DNA of 64,000 nt from the NCBI GenBank assembly GCA_963710755.1, contig CAVQBK010000003.1, positions 416,001 through 480,000 on the forward strand, read 5' to 3'. A program made the position numbers and the translations under genes. Shown here piece after piece: positions 1 to 9,881 of this stretch. Positions within the stretch are counted from its first letter, which is position 1; each line of letters begins with the position of its first letter. The notes beneath the pieces were generated by a model. The model searched no databases and was not told the origin of the DNA. It saw only the letters and a program-made list of their open reading frames with translations. Source of the DNA: an uncultured bacterium. GTDB taxonomy: Bacteria > Oederibacteriota > JAAXVQ01 > JAUVAV01.

Positions 1-1
1 G

Positions 2-3000
2 CTTGGCTTGCCGGTGGGGATCGGCGCGTTGGCGGTCGGGGCTGCTAAGACTTTGTCTTCACCACCAGGGCTCTCTGAGGACCAGATCCGCATCCAGCGC
101 CAGGTGATGGAAACGGTGTGGATGCCGTCATTAAGCGCCAGGGGATCGGCTGCTGAAAACGCGCCTAAGCACGCAGCCCGATCGGTGCAAGAGCAAGCCT
201 ATGGTGACCTCATCGATCGTTTGGCAGAAAAAGACCTGGTTACCATGGCCGGGGGACAGGCAGCCTTTGTTGCGCTGGTTAATTTGTTCACGCCGGCCCA
301 GATAGATCAAGCACTTAAAAGCGGCACCATTGAATCCTTAACCGAGTATATTGACTATTATGCTGGAAAGCGATTTGCTCAACTAGAATCCAAAACTTAC
401 TATTCTTTACCATTTACGGAAATACCGAACCAATTGAATCAGGGGCAATGGCTTATCCTGGTTCACAATAAGCCGCACACAACCCGTATCGGTAGAGAAG
501 AAACCTGGGAAGACTTTGCCAGCGCACCCTTAAAAAGCGGCAGCGGCGCAGTGTTTCATTATACCTTTGTACCGCCGCGCGTTTTCACGGATAAAGGGTT
601 ATATGAATTCACCTATTATTTCTCTGATGAGCAGCGTTGGGAACATAACCTTTGGGAGCCGAATCATAAAGTCAATGTTTATCAATCGGAAGACCCCGTC
701 TCCATGAACATCGAAGATGTTGCGCCGGTAATTAAAAAAGAAAAACCCAACAGCGATGTTTTAGTGGATGAAATTTTAGGAAACTTGCATCCTGCAGAAG
801 TAAAACATTCCATCAAGTCTGCCTTAAACGGACACTCGCCGGATGAGCAGTTGGCTATTCTGAACATCATGCTTGGTTTAGGCAATGGCAATCCCGAAAC
901 AGAAGAGTTAAGTAGTGCCCTCCACCGGGTGTGGTCCAAATACTATGGCCAGGAGCAAGAGGTTGCTCGTCCTGTGATAACGTCGATCAATCTGCCGCCT
1001 GATTTTGAATCGGTGAAAAAAGTGATTTACAGTCCCTATGGGCACATGCTGATGCTATATAAATCCTCGGACTATTCGGTGACGGGTAAACTGGCGATCT
1101 ACCCCTATGATGAACAAGGTCTTAAAGATCACTATCTGATCTATCCCATGGGCAAAACCATTACGGATATTGCCCTCTCAAATGATCATGACTGGTTGGC
1201 GATAAGCTCTATTGCTAATGGCAACAACAATAAATACAGTCTTTCTCTTGCGCCCTTTTTAAAAGAACAGGGCGGGGTTTATGCTGCGGCTAAGGTCATT
1301 GATGAAAGCGCGGATGACATTCTGGGCATGGCGTGGTCACCCAAGGAACCGCTGCTGGCGGTCGGCCAGAAAGGCAAAGGGCAATTTTATAAGCAAGTTA
1401 ACCAACGCTGGATAACTATGGACGGCCCGGTAAGGCAAGAGGCCACGTTTGGCTTTAAGTTCCCGCAATGGTCTTTACAAGGCGACAAGGTGCTGTTTTG
1501 TAATGACGATAAAAATGATTTTGGGCCTGTGGCGGTGCTGTGGTATTTGAATGACGACCATCCCTTTGGATCAAGTGACCACACGGCTTTGCTGCTGGAG
1601 CCGAAACACACCATAGATAAGTATACTCAGTTCCGTTTTAGTCCTGATGGCGTGTATTTGGCGGCCATGCAAAACAGTATTATCGGCAAACCAGCACTCT
1701 ATATCTGGTCTATAGGCCGGCAGAGGGGGGCAATCCAAGGTCAGGGTAAAGCGCTGCAAAATGAGATTAAAGCGCGAGGCTATGAATGCCAGCACGATCT
1801 TCTCGATTTACGTTGGACCATCGATAACGCGCTTGTGGTGATCGGTATCCGCTACCCAAAGTTGTTTTCTCGTACCAAAACCAGTGTTTTTGCCGCGCAA
1901 GCAGTGATATGGCAATGGGATGATCAGGGCGAGGAAGGTCTGAGTACCTATCCTTTAGCCACCGTGATTGGTGATTGGGAAAAAGAAATATTAGGCAAGA
2001 TCATGCCCAACGGCCGTATCATCATGCTAAATCGCAGCCATATGGTAGCCGGTTCTTCTAAGTGGACGTCGTTCGACAGTGGCTATCATGTGACCTATCA
2101 GATACCCAATATTACCTATAGCGAGTGGAAGAAAGTCAGCGCGCTTCCAAGTGGCAAGGCGTTCTGGTTGACCGGCGAATTTCGTCAGGCACAACCCAGT
2201 TGGTTTAAACGAAGACTGATTTCCCTAAGTTTGCCTGAAGAAATGCCGGTTAACGAGCAGTCTGAAAAAGCCGCTGTACCGGCAAGCGTGAAAACCATTA
2301 ATGATTTAAAACTGGCCCAGGGTTTAAACCAGGTGGTGCTGGTAACGGATAATGCTATTGGAACAGCCTTGGACGCGGTTATGGACGTGTATCATGAAGA
2401 CGAGCAATCACCACAACTTATCAACCTTGGCCCTGCTGACAGTATAGAGGGGTGGTCCGGTTGGGATGAAATAAAGAGAACTTACAGGGATGATGCAGTC
2501 GAGTTGCCGTTATGGCGGGCTCTGCAGCGCAAACAACCGATCATCATCCGCCTGAATCGCGGTGTCAAGCAAAACGTGGTTGAGGATTTATTGCAAACCA
2601 TTATCCCCTACCTGATCAAGCAAAAGCGCTTCCACTCGATGGTGGTGATTGCGCCCCCGGAAGTGATGAGTGCTGTCGCCACTACGATTGAAAATATACA
2701 CGCTTGGATTAGGGGTGCAGCTTCCCCGGAGCAGAGGCGTGCTGTCACCACTATGCCCGAGGTATGGAGCTATTATCCCATGGTCCACGCTGCCCCAGGT
2801 TCCCTGGCAGAACAACAGGAACGGCTTTTAAGATTGGTTGATGAGCTGGAGATTCCCCAGGATCACCCTGCCAGGAGCATGGTAGAAGCGTTGACAACCA
2901 TAGCCCGGTTGAGTGCAGCCTATGCTGCTGACCACAGTAGCGGCCAGGAGTTGGAAATGGTGCCCTATGAAGCCTTGGCACAAACCTTGATCTATTTAAA

Positions 3001-6000
3001 CCGGTATCCTGGTGAGTACAGACACGTGGTCGATCTGGTTCGTCAATACACCGGGAAAAACGCGCCCCAGGCGGATGGCTTCTGGAAAACCTGTAAACAA
3101 TCTGTGCCCGCGTTGGGCATGGATGAAAAATATATTGAACCCCGGGATTTTAATCCGAACAACCTCCCTCTTATCGGCGCCATCACCGAACCTGTCGCGC
3201 ATTTGCACCGCCTGTGGCAGCTTGGACGGTCGGCTATTCTGGTCAATCATAACACCATGGATTTGGCGGGGGTCATAGCTGATTATTACCGCCAAACACT
3301 TGAGGAGCCCCTGTGGATCGACGGCGCTGGTATAAAGAAGGGGGAAGAAATCAAGGAGGTGGACCAATTAACCGCTGCTTACGATCAATTTAGGCCGGTG
3401 ATCATCAACCATATCCATCAAATGGATCCATACATTTTGACCCATGTCCATTATTTAATGACCTTGTCATCTCAAGCATACGGTGAGGAAGGTTTCCGGC
3501 CGGGTTTTCAAATAGTGGGTATCGATGAGGCCAACAGTGCCTACGCGCCGTCAACGGGCACAGCTGTGATACCAGTAGAAGAAATGGATGATGCGGATTT
3601 GAAAGCACTTATCCAATCAGCAGCACCTCATTTGAAAACAGCGCAGGTAAAAGATATATTAAACCTTTTCAACCGCCCGGTTTATCAACGCGAACGAAAA
3701 AAAACGACCCTCTTTCCAGGGTTAAAACTGTTGCAATTACTTGCAGAGATCGCTGACTGGCCGGAGCCAATGGCTAATTTTGTTATTGGACATAGCAACT
3801 CGATTTTGGAGTTGATCGCACAGTTGGAAAAGTTTGAAGCGCTGAAATTGAAATTTTCTTTTAAAAATTATTGGGATTATCCAGACTTGGGAGAGCAGTT
3901 ATTAAAAGGATGCCAGGATAATAGTCAGCTCTATAACTCATTACGTTCATTACAGCTTGGCCTGTCCTATTACACACTCGACCAAATCGCAGCCTATGTT
4001 GAAAAAATGCACGATGTGCCGCTGCCCTTGCTCAAGGAGTCTGGAAGTGAGCAGTCTATATTTACAGATCTTCCCGGCATTCGAGAGCAGTCAGAAAGGG
4101 CTGCCATGTTAAACGAGGTGTTCCCGACATTAAAACGGGCCAGTCGGCATCATCCTCCGCTTTATTCATTCATACTAAATATGTATTTAGAGAAAAAGAG
4201 GCCTGAAGAGCAGCAGCAAATGCTGGCGGCCATGAAGAATGAGCAATGGCTAACAACGGTAGAGTTGTTGGCTAAAGCCATCGCTCTGACCAACAAGCAG
4301 TGGAGAGACGTTTTTAATCACTATATAAACGCTTACTTGGACGGCCAAGCAACTCACGTGACAGCGGTCGTTAAAGCATTTAGCCGTCAGGCAGTGTTGA
4401 TTTTAAACAGTGGGCTGCTATCCGGACTTGACGCACAGGCATGGCAGTATACCTTTGATGCATTGCTTTACTGGCAGGCGGAACATCCGGATAATCTCAA
4501 AGTACTATTAAATATTATTGATGTTGATGAAAATGAAAACGTGGTTTTTAAGTCTTTTGATCAAAAATCAAAACAAGGATGGATTAATTTGGCACGGGAA
4601 ATCATTAACAGCCGGATCACCAGTTATGTCAACATCCTGGAGGATTGTTTATTTACCGCTGAATCGTTGAACCCTTATTATCGGCCCTTTCCACAAACCA
4701 TTTGGTCAGGTTATCTGGACTTGAGAAGCAGAATGGCGGTTGCTGAACTGTATGCTGAAATTGCGATGGCTGATGAATATTTAAAAGCGCAATGGGCAAG
4801 ACCGGCAACCGAGGAAGAAAGTGAACAAGTTGAAGAAACGGGTCAACATGAAGAAACGGGAGAAGAAACATTTTACCAGTTGGTGGGTGAACTTAACAAC
4901 CTGCTTAAAGCCATAAAAGACCAGGCCACCACAGCTTCGAGGAGAAGAAAATTAATCGAGGCCATGGCTGAGAAACAAAATATGGTCCGCAAGTTGTTTT
5001 TACATACACTGTTGAACGCTCACAATGGGGAGTACAGCCAAGCGTTGGATAAGCTCGATCCCGGCATGAAGAAGCGCGTCATGACCATCGCCATTCTCCT
5101 GGAAACATTGGATAACGGCTCAGAAGTAAGTGAATACGGTGAAGCAGGCTGGGTCCGATTAATGAACAAGCATGTGTTCAAAATAATATTCGATCATCTG
5201 ATGACGGATGAGCAGGATGCCCTGAGAAAGGGACTGGACGCGGCGCAACGGTTTTTACTGGATTTTGATAGAGCGGCCATGCAGGAAGAGCTTAAAAAAC
5301 TGGATGAACTTGAAGCGCAGTTGGGGAAAAAAGGTACAGGCTACCAGACCGATGATCTGAGCGAGCACAAAGCCAATAAAGAAACCATCGTGGCCCTGGT
5401 GGCGGCCGGCTATGATGAACGCCTGTGGACAGAAGGCATTGAGCTTAAGGTAGGTATTGATCAAGCCTTGAGCGAGGAGCAAAAAGTACAGCGCATATTA
5501 TCCATGTCCCATGAGTTGGCTGAATGGGCGATTGAACTGGGTATGACGACATTCAATGGAAAACCCTTTGATCTTTCGCGGGCCCATGAATTGATTGACC
5601 TTAAGACATGTAAAGCCTTGGTAAATGAGTTAGGAGCGCAAGTACCGGTTATAAGCGAGGATATAGACGCCCGCATCAATGACATTCTGGACCACATTTC
5701 CAATACGGAAAAGAAGGAAGCAGAGGTGGTAGCTAAGCAGCAATTTCGGGTGGTCATCAAAAAAGACTTTATTCGAGAAGCCACGGCCGGCATTGGCGTG
5801 CCCGGCTGCTTTGAGCCGAAAAGAGGATTACATCGGGAAATGCCGTTGGTTCATGCCATGGAGGGAGATGTTTTTTTTATACAAATCTTTGATGAGCGCA
5901 ATCGTCAGGTCTCCAACGCAGTGATGGTGACCACACCGGAAGGTGCACACGTCTTTGGCGGATATAATGGCACCAATTATGATTTGGAAAAGGCCTATGG

Positions 6001-7666
6001 AAAGGCTATTTTAAAAGCAACGGCTTTGATTCCAAGGTTCATCTTGAATCCCACTTCCGCAGGATACCATTATTTTCATGAAAACAAAGTAGGAAAAGAA
6101 TTGAAAGAACCAGTGACACTGGTCAAATCATTTCCCCTGTTTATGGGCCAGTATTTTGATTACGGTAAGGTTTATGATGGTCAATTGAAATTGGAAATTT
6201 CAATTGGACTGGAAGTAACCAAGGCGGATGCTCAGCAATTTAATTCAACCTCAGAAGGGAATACCCAGGTCTTGGCTGCGTTGCTGGCGCCGGGCATTCT
6301 GTTTAGCGGCCAGCAGGTTGACTGGCAGGACGCCGGGCTGATCGTGGCCGTGGGGCTCGGTTTGTTTTGGTTGTTCAAGTGGTTATTCCGACAGCCATGG
6401 GTGAAAAATGGGCTTGACCAAATGGCCGATCAGTTAAAAAACCTCAATGCAGTACGCTTAACCATGCCTGTCAAAATCAAATCGTCCAAACGGTCCTCGG
6501 ACGAGGAACATGCTAAAGAACAGCAATGGCGCAAGGTGGTGCTGTCCTTGCTGGTTTTCGGGGTGCTAGGCATCATTAGCCTGATCCTGATGCATCTCCA
6601 TCCCGGTGAGGGGTCGTTAAACCTCCTGAGAACTCATCACCTTGGCAACAACCAAAACTTAGGGACGGTTTTAAGCCTGCCCCTGGGGTTTGCCATGATA
6701 AAAAATAAAAGGGCCTTAGATAAAAGAGAAGCTCTTTACGGCACTTCGCTTACTGAGCCTGCTCAACCGCTGTTGCAACTCATCCGCCTGCCCCGGGTCA
6801 TTTATATGGCGCTGTTGTGGAGCCTGTTTTGGTTAATGGAACTCATGCGGCCCTCTTCCGGGAAGAAAGCCATAACACCCCAAGCCTGGGCGCAATGGCA
6901 AACGATGAAACAGCGTTATTTCCCGGCCGGCACGCTGGATGCGGCCAGTTTTAACCTCCGTCAGCTTTCCAGTAGCGTGTATACAGGGCATGGTGCACAG
7001 GCCTGTTTAGGTCAGTATGAGGAATCCACCGATCATTCCGGGTTGGCGCAGCTTAATCTTCATCCCGCCATCCTTGAAGCCTTGCCATTACCGGCCGCAC
7101 CGACCCTGCGGGCGGTGTGGCAGCATCGTCTGGCCCAGGCCTTGGCGCGCCATATTCTTTATTACCGCAGTGCCGAGTATCACGAGTTGACTTTAAGCCA
7201 GCAATGGCGGTTTACGATGAGTCAATGGTGGGGAAGGGTCGATCGCGCGGCTTATGCTCAAAAAATGGAAAGCGGCCGGACAGGTATGGGTAACCTGTTA
7301 ACCAGGCCCGAAAACCGCCTCTGGTTTTTGACTGCCGGGAAACAACAGCAGGTTCAACTGTTGAGAGCAGCGGTTCAATGGCTGGAAAGCAACCCCATGG
7401 ATCCACATAATCTGGATGTTCTGATTCAGGTGATGAACCGGTTACCGGCAAGCAGCCGTCTGTATCTGGGTGATTGGGCAAGGAACCAAAGCCCCCTTGG
7501 GGACAGAGCGGTTGTTCGTGTTTATATTCCCAAAATCATTGAGCAAGAACATTTGCCCATGATGAGGCGGCTGATGCACCTGCTTAAGTCCAGTGGCCGG
7601 TTTGATCAGCGCCGGCCTAGGCGGCGGCCGCGGCAACGCTTACAGCAGATGGCTCAGGCGGCCTGA
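2..7666 (+). CDS. Giant multi-domain protein, 5'-truncated by the window: beta-propeller-like region, degenerate AAA-like region, helical region, C-terminal membrane segments
   Basis: Frame is open from base 2 (LGLPVGIGALAVGAA...) to the stop at 7666. WD40-like strings (VIYSPYG, IALSNDHDWLA, MAWSPKEPLLAVG, FRFSPDGVYLAA) at about aa 330-600. Several hydrophobic helices after about aa 2090. Confidence 0.85.
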   Translation, partial: LGLPVGIGALAVGAAKTLSSPPGLSEDQIRIQRQVMETVWMPSLSARGSAAENAPKHAARSVQEQAYGDLIDRLAEKDLVTMAGGQAAFVALVNLFTPAQIDQALKSGTIESLTEYIDYYAGKRFAQLESKTYYSLPFTEIPNQLNQGQWLILVHNKPHTTRIGREETWEDFASAPLKSGSGAVFHYTFVPPRVFTDKGLYEFTYYFSDEQRWEHNLWEPNHKVNVYQSEDPVSMNIEDVAPVIKKEKPNSDVLVDEILGNLHPAEVKHSIKSALNGHSPDEQLAILNIMLGLGNGNPETEELSSALHRVWSKYYGQEQEVARPVITSINLPPDFESVKKVIYSPYGHMLMLYKSSDYSVTGKLAIYPYDEQGLKDHYLIYPMGKTITDIALSNDHDWLAISSIANGNNNKYSLSLAPFLKEQGGVYAAAKVIDESADDILGMAWSPKEPLLAVGQKGKGQFYKQVNQRWITMDGPVRQEATFGFKFPQWSLQGDKVLFCNDDKNDFGPVAVLWYLNDDHPFGSSDHTALLLEPKHTIDKYTQFRFSPDGVYLAAMQNSIIGKPALYIWSIGRQRGAIQGQGKALQNEIKARGYECQHDLLDLRWTIDNALVVIGIRYPKLFSRTKTSVFAAQAVIWQWDDQGEEGLSTYPLATVIGDWEKEILGKIMPNGRIIMLNRSHMVAGSSKWTSFDSGYHVTYQIPNITYSEWKKVSALPSGKAFWLTGEFRQAQPSWFKRRLISLSLPEEMPVNEQSEKAAVPASVKTINDLKLAQGLNQVVLVTDNAIGTALDAVMDVYHEDEQSPQLINLGPADSIEGWSGWDEIKRTYRDDAVELPLWRALQRKQPIIIRLNRGVKQNVVEDLLQTIIPYLIKQKRFHSMVVIAPPEVMSAVATTIENIHAWIRGAASPEQRRAVTTMPEVWSYYPMVHAAPGSLAEQQERLLRLVDELEIPQDHPARSMVEALTTIARLSAAYAADHSSGQELEMVPYEALAQTLIYLNRYPGEYRHVVDLVRQYTGKNAPQADGFWKTCKQSVPALGMDEKYIEPRDFNPNNLPLIGAITEPVAHLHRLWQLGRSAILVNHNTMDLAGVIADYYRQTLEEPLWIDGAGIKKGEEIKEVDQLTAAYDQFRPVIINHIHQMDPYILTHVHYLMTLSSQAYGEEGFRPGFQIVGIDEANSAYAPSTGTAVIPVEEMDDADLKALIQSAAPHLKTAQVKDILNLFNRPVYQRERKKTTLFPGLKLLQLLAEIADWPEPMANFVIGHSNSILELIAQLEKFEALKLKFSFKNYWDYPDLGEQLLKGCQDNSQLYNSLRSLQLGLSYYTLDQIAAYVEKMHDVPLPLLKESGSEQSIFTDLPGIREQSERAAMLNEVFPTLKRASRHHPPLYSFILNMYLEKKRPEEQQQMLAAMKNEQWLTTVELLAKAIALTNKQWRDVFNHYINAYLDGQATHVTAVVKAFSRQAVLILNSGLLSGLDAQAWQYTFDALLYWQAEHPDNLKVLLNIIDVDENENVVFKSFDQKSKQGWINLAREIINSRITSYVNILEDCLFTAESLNPYYRPFPQTIWSGYLDLRSRMAVAELYAEIAMADEYLKAQWARPATEEESEQVEETGQHEETGEETFYQLVGELNNLLKAIKDQATTASRRRKLIEAMAEKQNMVRKLFLHTLLNAHNGEYSQALDKLDPGMKKRVMTIAILLETLDNGSEVSEYGEAGWVRLMNKHVFKIIFDHLMTDEQDALRKGLDAAQRFLLDFDRAAMQEELKKLDELEAQLGKKGTGYQTDDLSEHKANKETIVALVAAGYDERLWTEGIELKVGIDQALSEEQKVQRILSMSHELAEWAIELGMTTFNGKPFDLSRAHELIDLKTCKALVNELGAQVPVISEDIDARINDILDHISNTEKKEAEVVAKQQFRVVIKKDFIREATAGIGVPGCFEPKRGLHREMPLVHAMEGDVFFIQIFDERNRQVSNAVMVTTPEGAHVFGGYNGTNYDLEKAYGKAILKATALIPRFILNPTSAGYHYFHENKVGKELKEPVTLVKSFPLFMGQYFDYGKVYDGQLKLEISIGLEVTKADAQQFNSTSEGNTQVLAALLAPGILFSGQQVDWQDAGLIVAVGLGLFWLFKWLFRQPWVKNGLDQMADQLKNLNAVRLTMPVKIKSSKRSSDEEHAKEQQWRKVVLSLLVFGVLGIISLILMHLHPGEGSLNLLRTHHLGNNQNLGTVLSLPLGFAMIKNKRALDKREALYGTSLTEPAQPLLQLIRLPRVIYMALLWSLFWLMELMRPSSGKKAITPQAWAQWQTMKQRYFPAGTLDAASFNLRQLSSSVYTGHGAQACLGQYEESTDHSGLAQLNLHPAILEALPLPAAPTLRAVWQHRLAQALARHILYYRSAEYHELTLSQQWRFTMSQWWGRVDRAAYAQKMESGRTGMGNLLTRPENRLWFLTAGKQQQVQLLRAAVQWLESNPMDPHNLDVLIQVMNRLPASSRLYLGDWARNQSPLGDRAVVRVYIPKIIEQEHLPMMRRLMHLLKSSGRFDQRRPRRRPRQRLQQMAQAA

Positions 7667-7677
7667 GGGAACAGGGG

Positions 7678-8364
7678 TTAGCGCGCTTTTTCAGCCAGCA
7701 TAATAATGTCCATGGCCCAATTGGGCCAGAGCTCGCCGGACACGGCCAGCCAGGGTTGACGTACATCATCCATCCAGGCCTGGGGCAAAAAAGGAATCCA
7801 ATTACCGGTGTGCTTAACCACCCGCAGCCCATGGGCTTGCAACTGGCGTTTTAAAATAGCGGGCGTATAGGCGCGCACATGACCGCAATTGGAGAGGTTG
7901 TAATCAAGCCAGCGGGGATAGCGTCCCAGCAGCAGACGCAGCCGGTTTTCAAAGGAAGCCAGATTGGGCGTGGTCAGAAGCAGCCGGCCGCCGGGCTTGA
8001 GCACGCGCTGCAGCTCCTGCAAAAAGCTGTCCGTGTCCACCAGATGTTCAATCACCTCACCTGCGAACACCAAATCAAAGGTCTCAGCCGCATAGGGTAC
8101 CGGGTCCTTGGCCAGATCGCAGACTTTGGCCTCCAGGCCCAGGGCTTGAGCCTGGGCCACAGCCCGGCCATTGATATCCATGCCTGACACTCGCCAACCT
8201 TGGTTCTGCCAATAAGTCATCCAAGTGCCCTCAGCGCAGCCTGCATCCAGCATATGGCCGGGTGTCAGACGACGTATAAGAGCCGCGCATTTTTTCAAAC
8301 GCGATTCTCGAAATTCAATGGGAAATGCGCGCTGGGCATTGTATTCGCCTACACTTTTAGCCAT
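7678..8364 (-). CDS. Class I SAM-dependent methyltransferase
   Basis: LDAGCAEG motif I, FDLVFAGEVIEH, RVLKPGGRLLLTTPN; RBS upstream. Confidence 0.9.
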   Translation of the reverse strand: MAKSVGEYNAQRAFPIEFRESRLKKCAALIRRLTPGHMLDAGCAEGTWMTYWQNQGWRVSGMDINGRAVAQAQALGLEAKVCDLAKDPVPYAAETFDLVFAGEVIEHLVDTDSFLQELQRVLKPGGRLLLTTPNLASFENRLRLLLGRYPRWLDYNLSNCGHVRAYTPAILKRQLQAHGLRVVKHTGNWIPFLPQAWMDDVRQPWLAVSGELWPNWAMDIIMLAEKAR

Positions 8365-8492
8365 GATGTTTCCTTAGGATTCGAGATCCTCCACCATTAA
8401 CATAAGCCTGCCGCGCCGTCAATCATATCCACACTCGGTTATCCATAACATCCGACGATGTTAACTATATACTGGTAAAAAACAAAGGCACC

Positions 8493-8622
8493 TATCCGCA
8501 GATGACGCAGATTGCGCGGATTAAGAAAAAATCTTTTGGATGAGCTGCGCTCATTAAAAACATTGTTTAGATTCATGATTTTTTAAGAGTTTAATCTGGG
8601 CAATCTGCGTCATCTGCGGATA
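8493..8622. repeat. 32-bp inverted repeat pair with 66-bp AT-rich spacer (MITE/REP-like)
   Basis: TATCCGCAGATGACGCAGATTGCGCGGATTAA (8493-8524) is the reverse complement of 8591-8622 with 2 mismatches. Confidence 0.85.
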
Positions 8623-8825
8623 AAATTTTTTTAATAATCAAAAGAGCGAAGACCGCCATCAATAAATTATACCTTACACTGCTGGCGCAGGTGGAAAGAA
8701 GTCCCTTTTTAGAGGATAATCTTTCTTGCTAAATCAGCACTTTATCCTTTATGGTAGAGTTATTTCCCCATACGCGTTGACGCAAAAAAAGAAGCCGTTC
8801 AATTTAACCAAGGAGGAATACTGCC

Positions 8826-9419
8826 ATGCCAGACGCCGTTGATTATCCCGTTAATTTAACCGTTGATTATCCAGACCGTGCTTTGAACAAAGTGTCCACC
8901 TTTTTTCGCGTCATTCTCATCATCCCCATTGGCATCATTTTGGCGCTGTTATGGAATGGCCGGGCCAGCATAATGGGCTTGGTGGTATTACCAACGATTT
9001 TAATGTTACTATTCCGGCATAAGTATCCCAAATGGTGGTTTGATTGGAATTATGCCTTGACGCGGTTCTGCTATCAGGTCATGGCCTACCTCTTTGTCAT
9101 GGATGACCGTTATCCATCTACGGATGAAGAACAATCGGTGCACGTGCAGCTTCCTTATCCCCAGGTGCAAACAGAACTCCATCCCGGCTTGCCATTGATC
9201 AAATGGTTGCTGGCCTTTCCCCATTATGTGGTACTGGTTATTTTAGGTATTTATGGATTAATATTGGTGATGATTGCGTGGTTTGCCGTTTTGTTTACCG
9301 GCCGTTATCCCAAAGGCATGTTTGACTTTATTGAAGGGCTCATGCGCTGGGAATTGCGGGTAATGGCTTATGCTATTTTAATGACCACCGATAAGTATCC
9401 GCCTTTTTCTTTGAAATAA
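8826..9419 (+). CDS. DUF4389-like membrane protein
   Basis: Two internal repeats (..YPKWWFDW..R..AY...DDRYP / ..GRYPKGMFDF..RW..RV.AY....DKYPPFSL); AAGGAGG RBS. Confidence 0.85.
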   Translation: MPDAVDYPVNLTVDYPDRALNKVSTFFRVILIIPIGIILALLWNGRASIMGLVVLPTILMLLFRHKYPKWWFDWNYALTRFCYQVMAYLFVMDDRYPSTDEEQSVHVQLPYPQVQTELHPGLPLIKWLLAFPHYVVLVILGIYGLILVMIAWFAVLFTGRYPKGMFDFIEGLMRWELRVMAYAILMTTDKYPPFSLK

Positions 9420-9599
9420 ACAGAGGACCGCTGGAGGAAGTCATTTAACCTTACCACGGCAAGGACGATACTTAGATTAAGGGTTTGCGCCCATCCCGGC
9501 GAACTGGTCGAGCAGGCCCGATCTGCCGGGGAGGCATGGGGTCTATTAATTTATTCTAAAAAAACAGATTAAGATTTTTGGCAGGAAAGGTATTACGCA

Positions 9600-9881
9600 A
9601 TGATGCACAGGCTGATGACATGGTTAAAAAATAAATATATATTGGCGTTGATTCTTTTTGTTATTTTGTCGGCCTTCCTGCATCTGCTCTCTGTATTGAT
9701 CTACGTTGTGAAGACCATGGATTTCGGCAAAATTAATTACTTCAAAATTTTGCAAATGGATTTATTATTTCCCACGCTTACCACAGGATCAGCCGGGTAT
9801 ATCCTGTCGTTGGGGATTGTCATTTTCGGGTATGTAGCGATTCTGCTGCTGCTCCATAGCCGCGAAAAAGTTCAGTCCTGA
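9600..9881 (+). CDS. Small two-helix membrane protein, hypothetical
   Basis: 93-aa ORF with RBS (AGGAAAGG) and two hydrophobic segments. Confidence 0.6.
   Translation: MMHRLMTWLKNKYILALILFVILSAFLHLLSVLIYVVKTMDFGKINYFKILQMDLLFPTLTTGSAGYILSLGIVIFGYVAILLLLHSREKVQS

Noticed and set aside
4832-4870. Short EETGQH/EETG repeat in the giant gene
   Set aside because: Minor low-complexity linker slippage.
9490-9545. GC-rich imperfect hairpin between two membrane-protein genes
   Set aside because: No recognisable riboswitch or ncRNA consensus and no second copy noticed.
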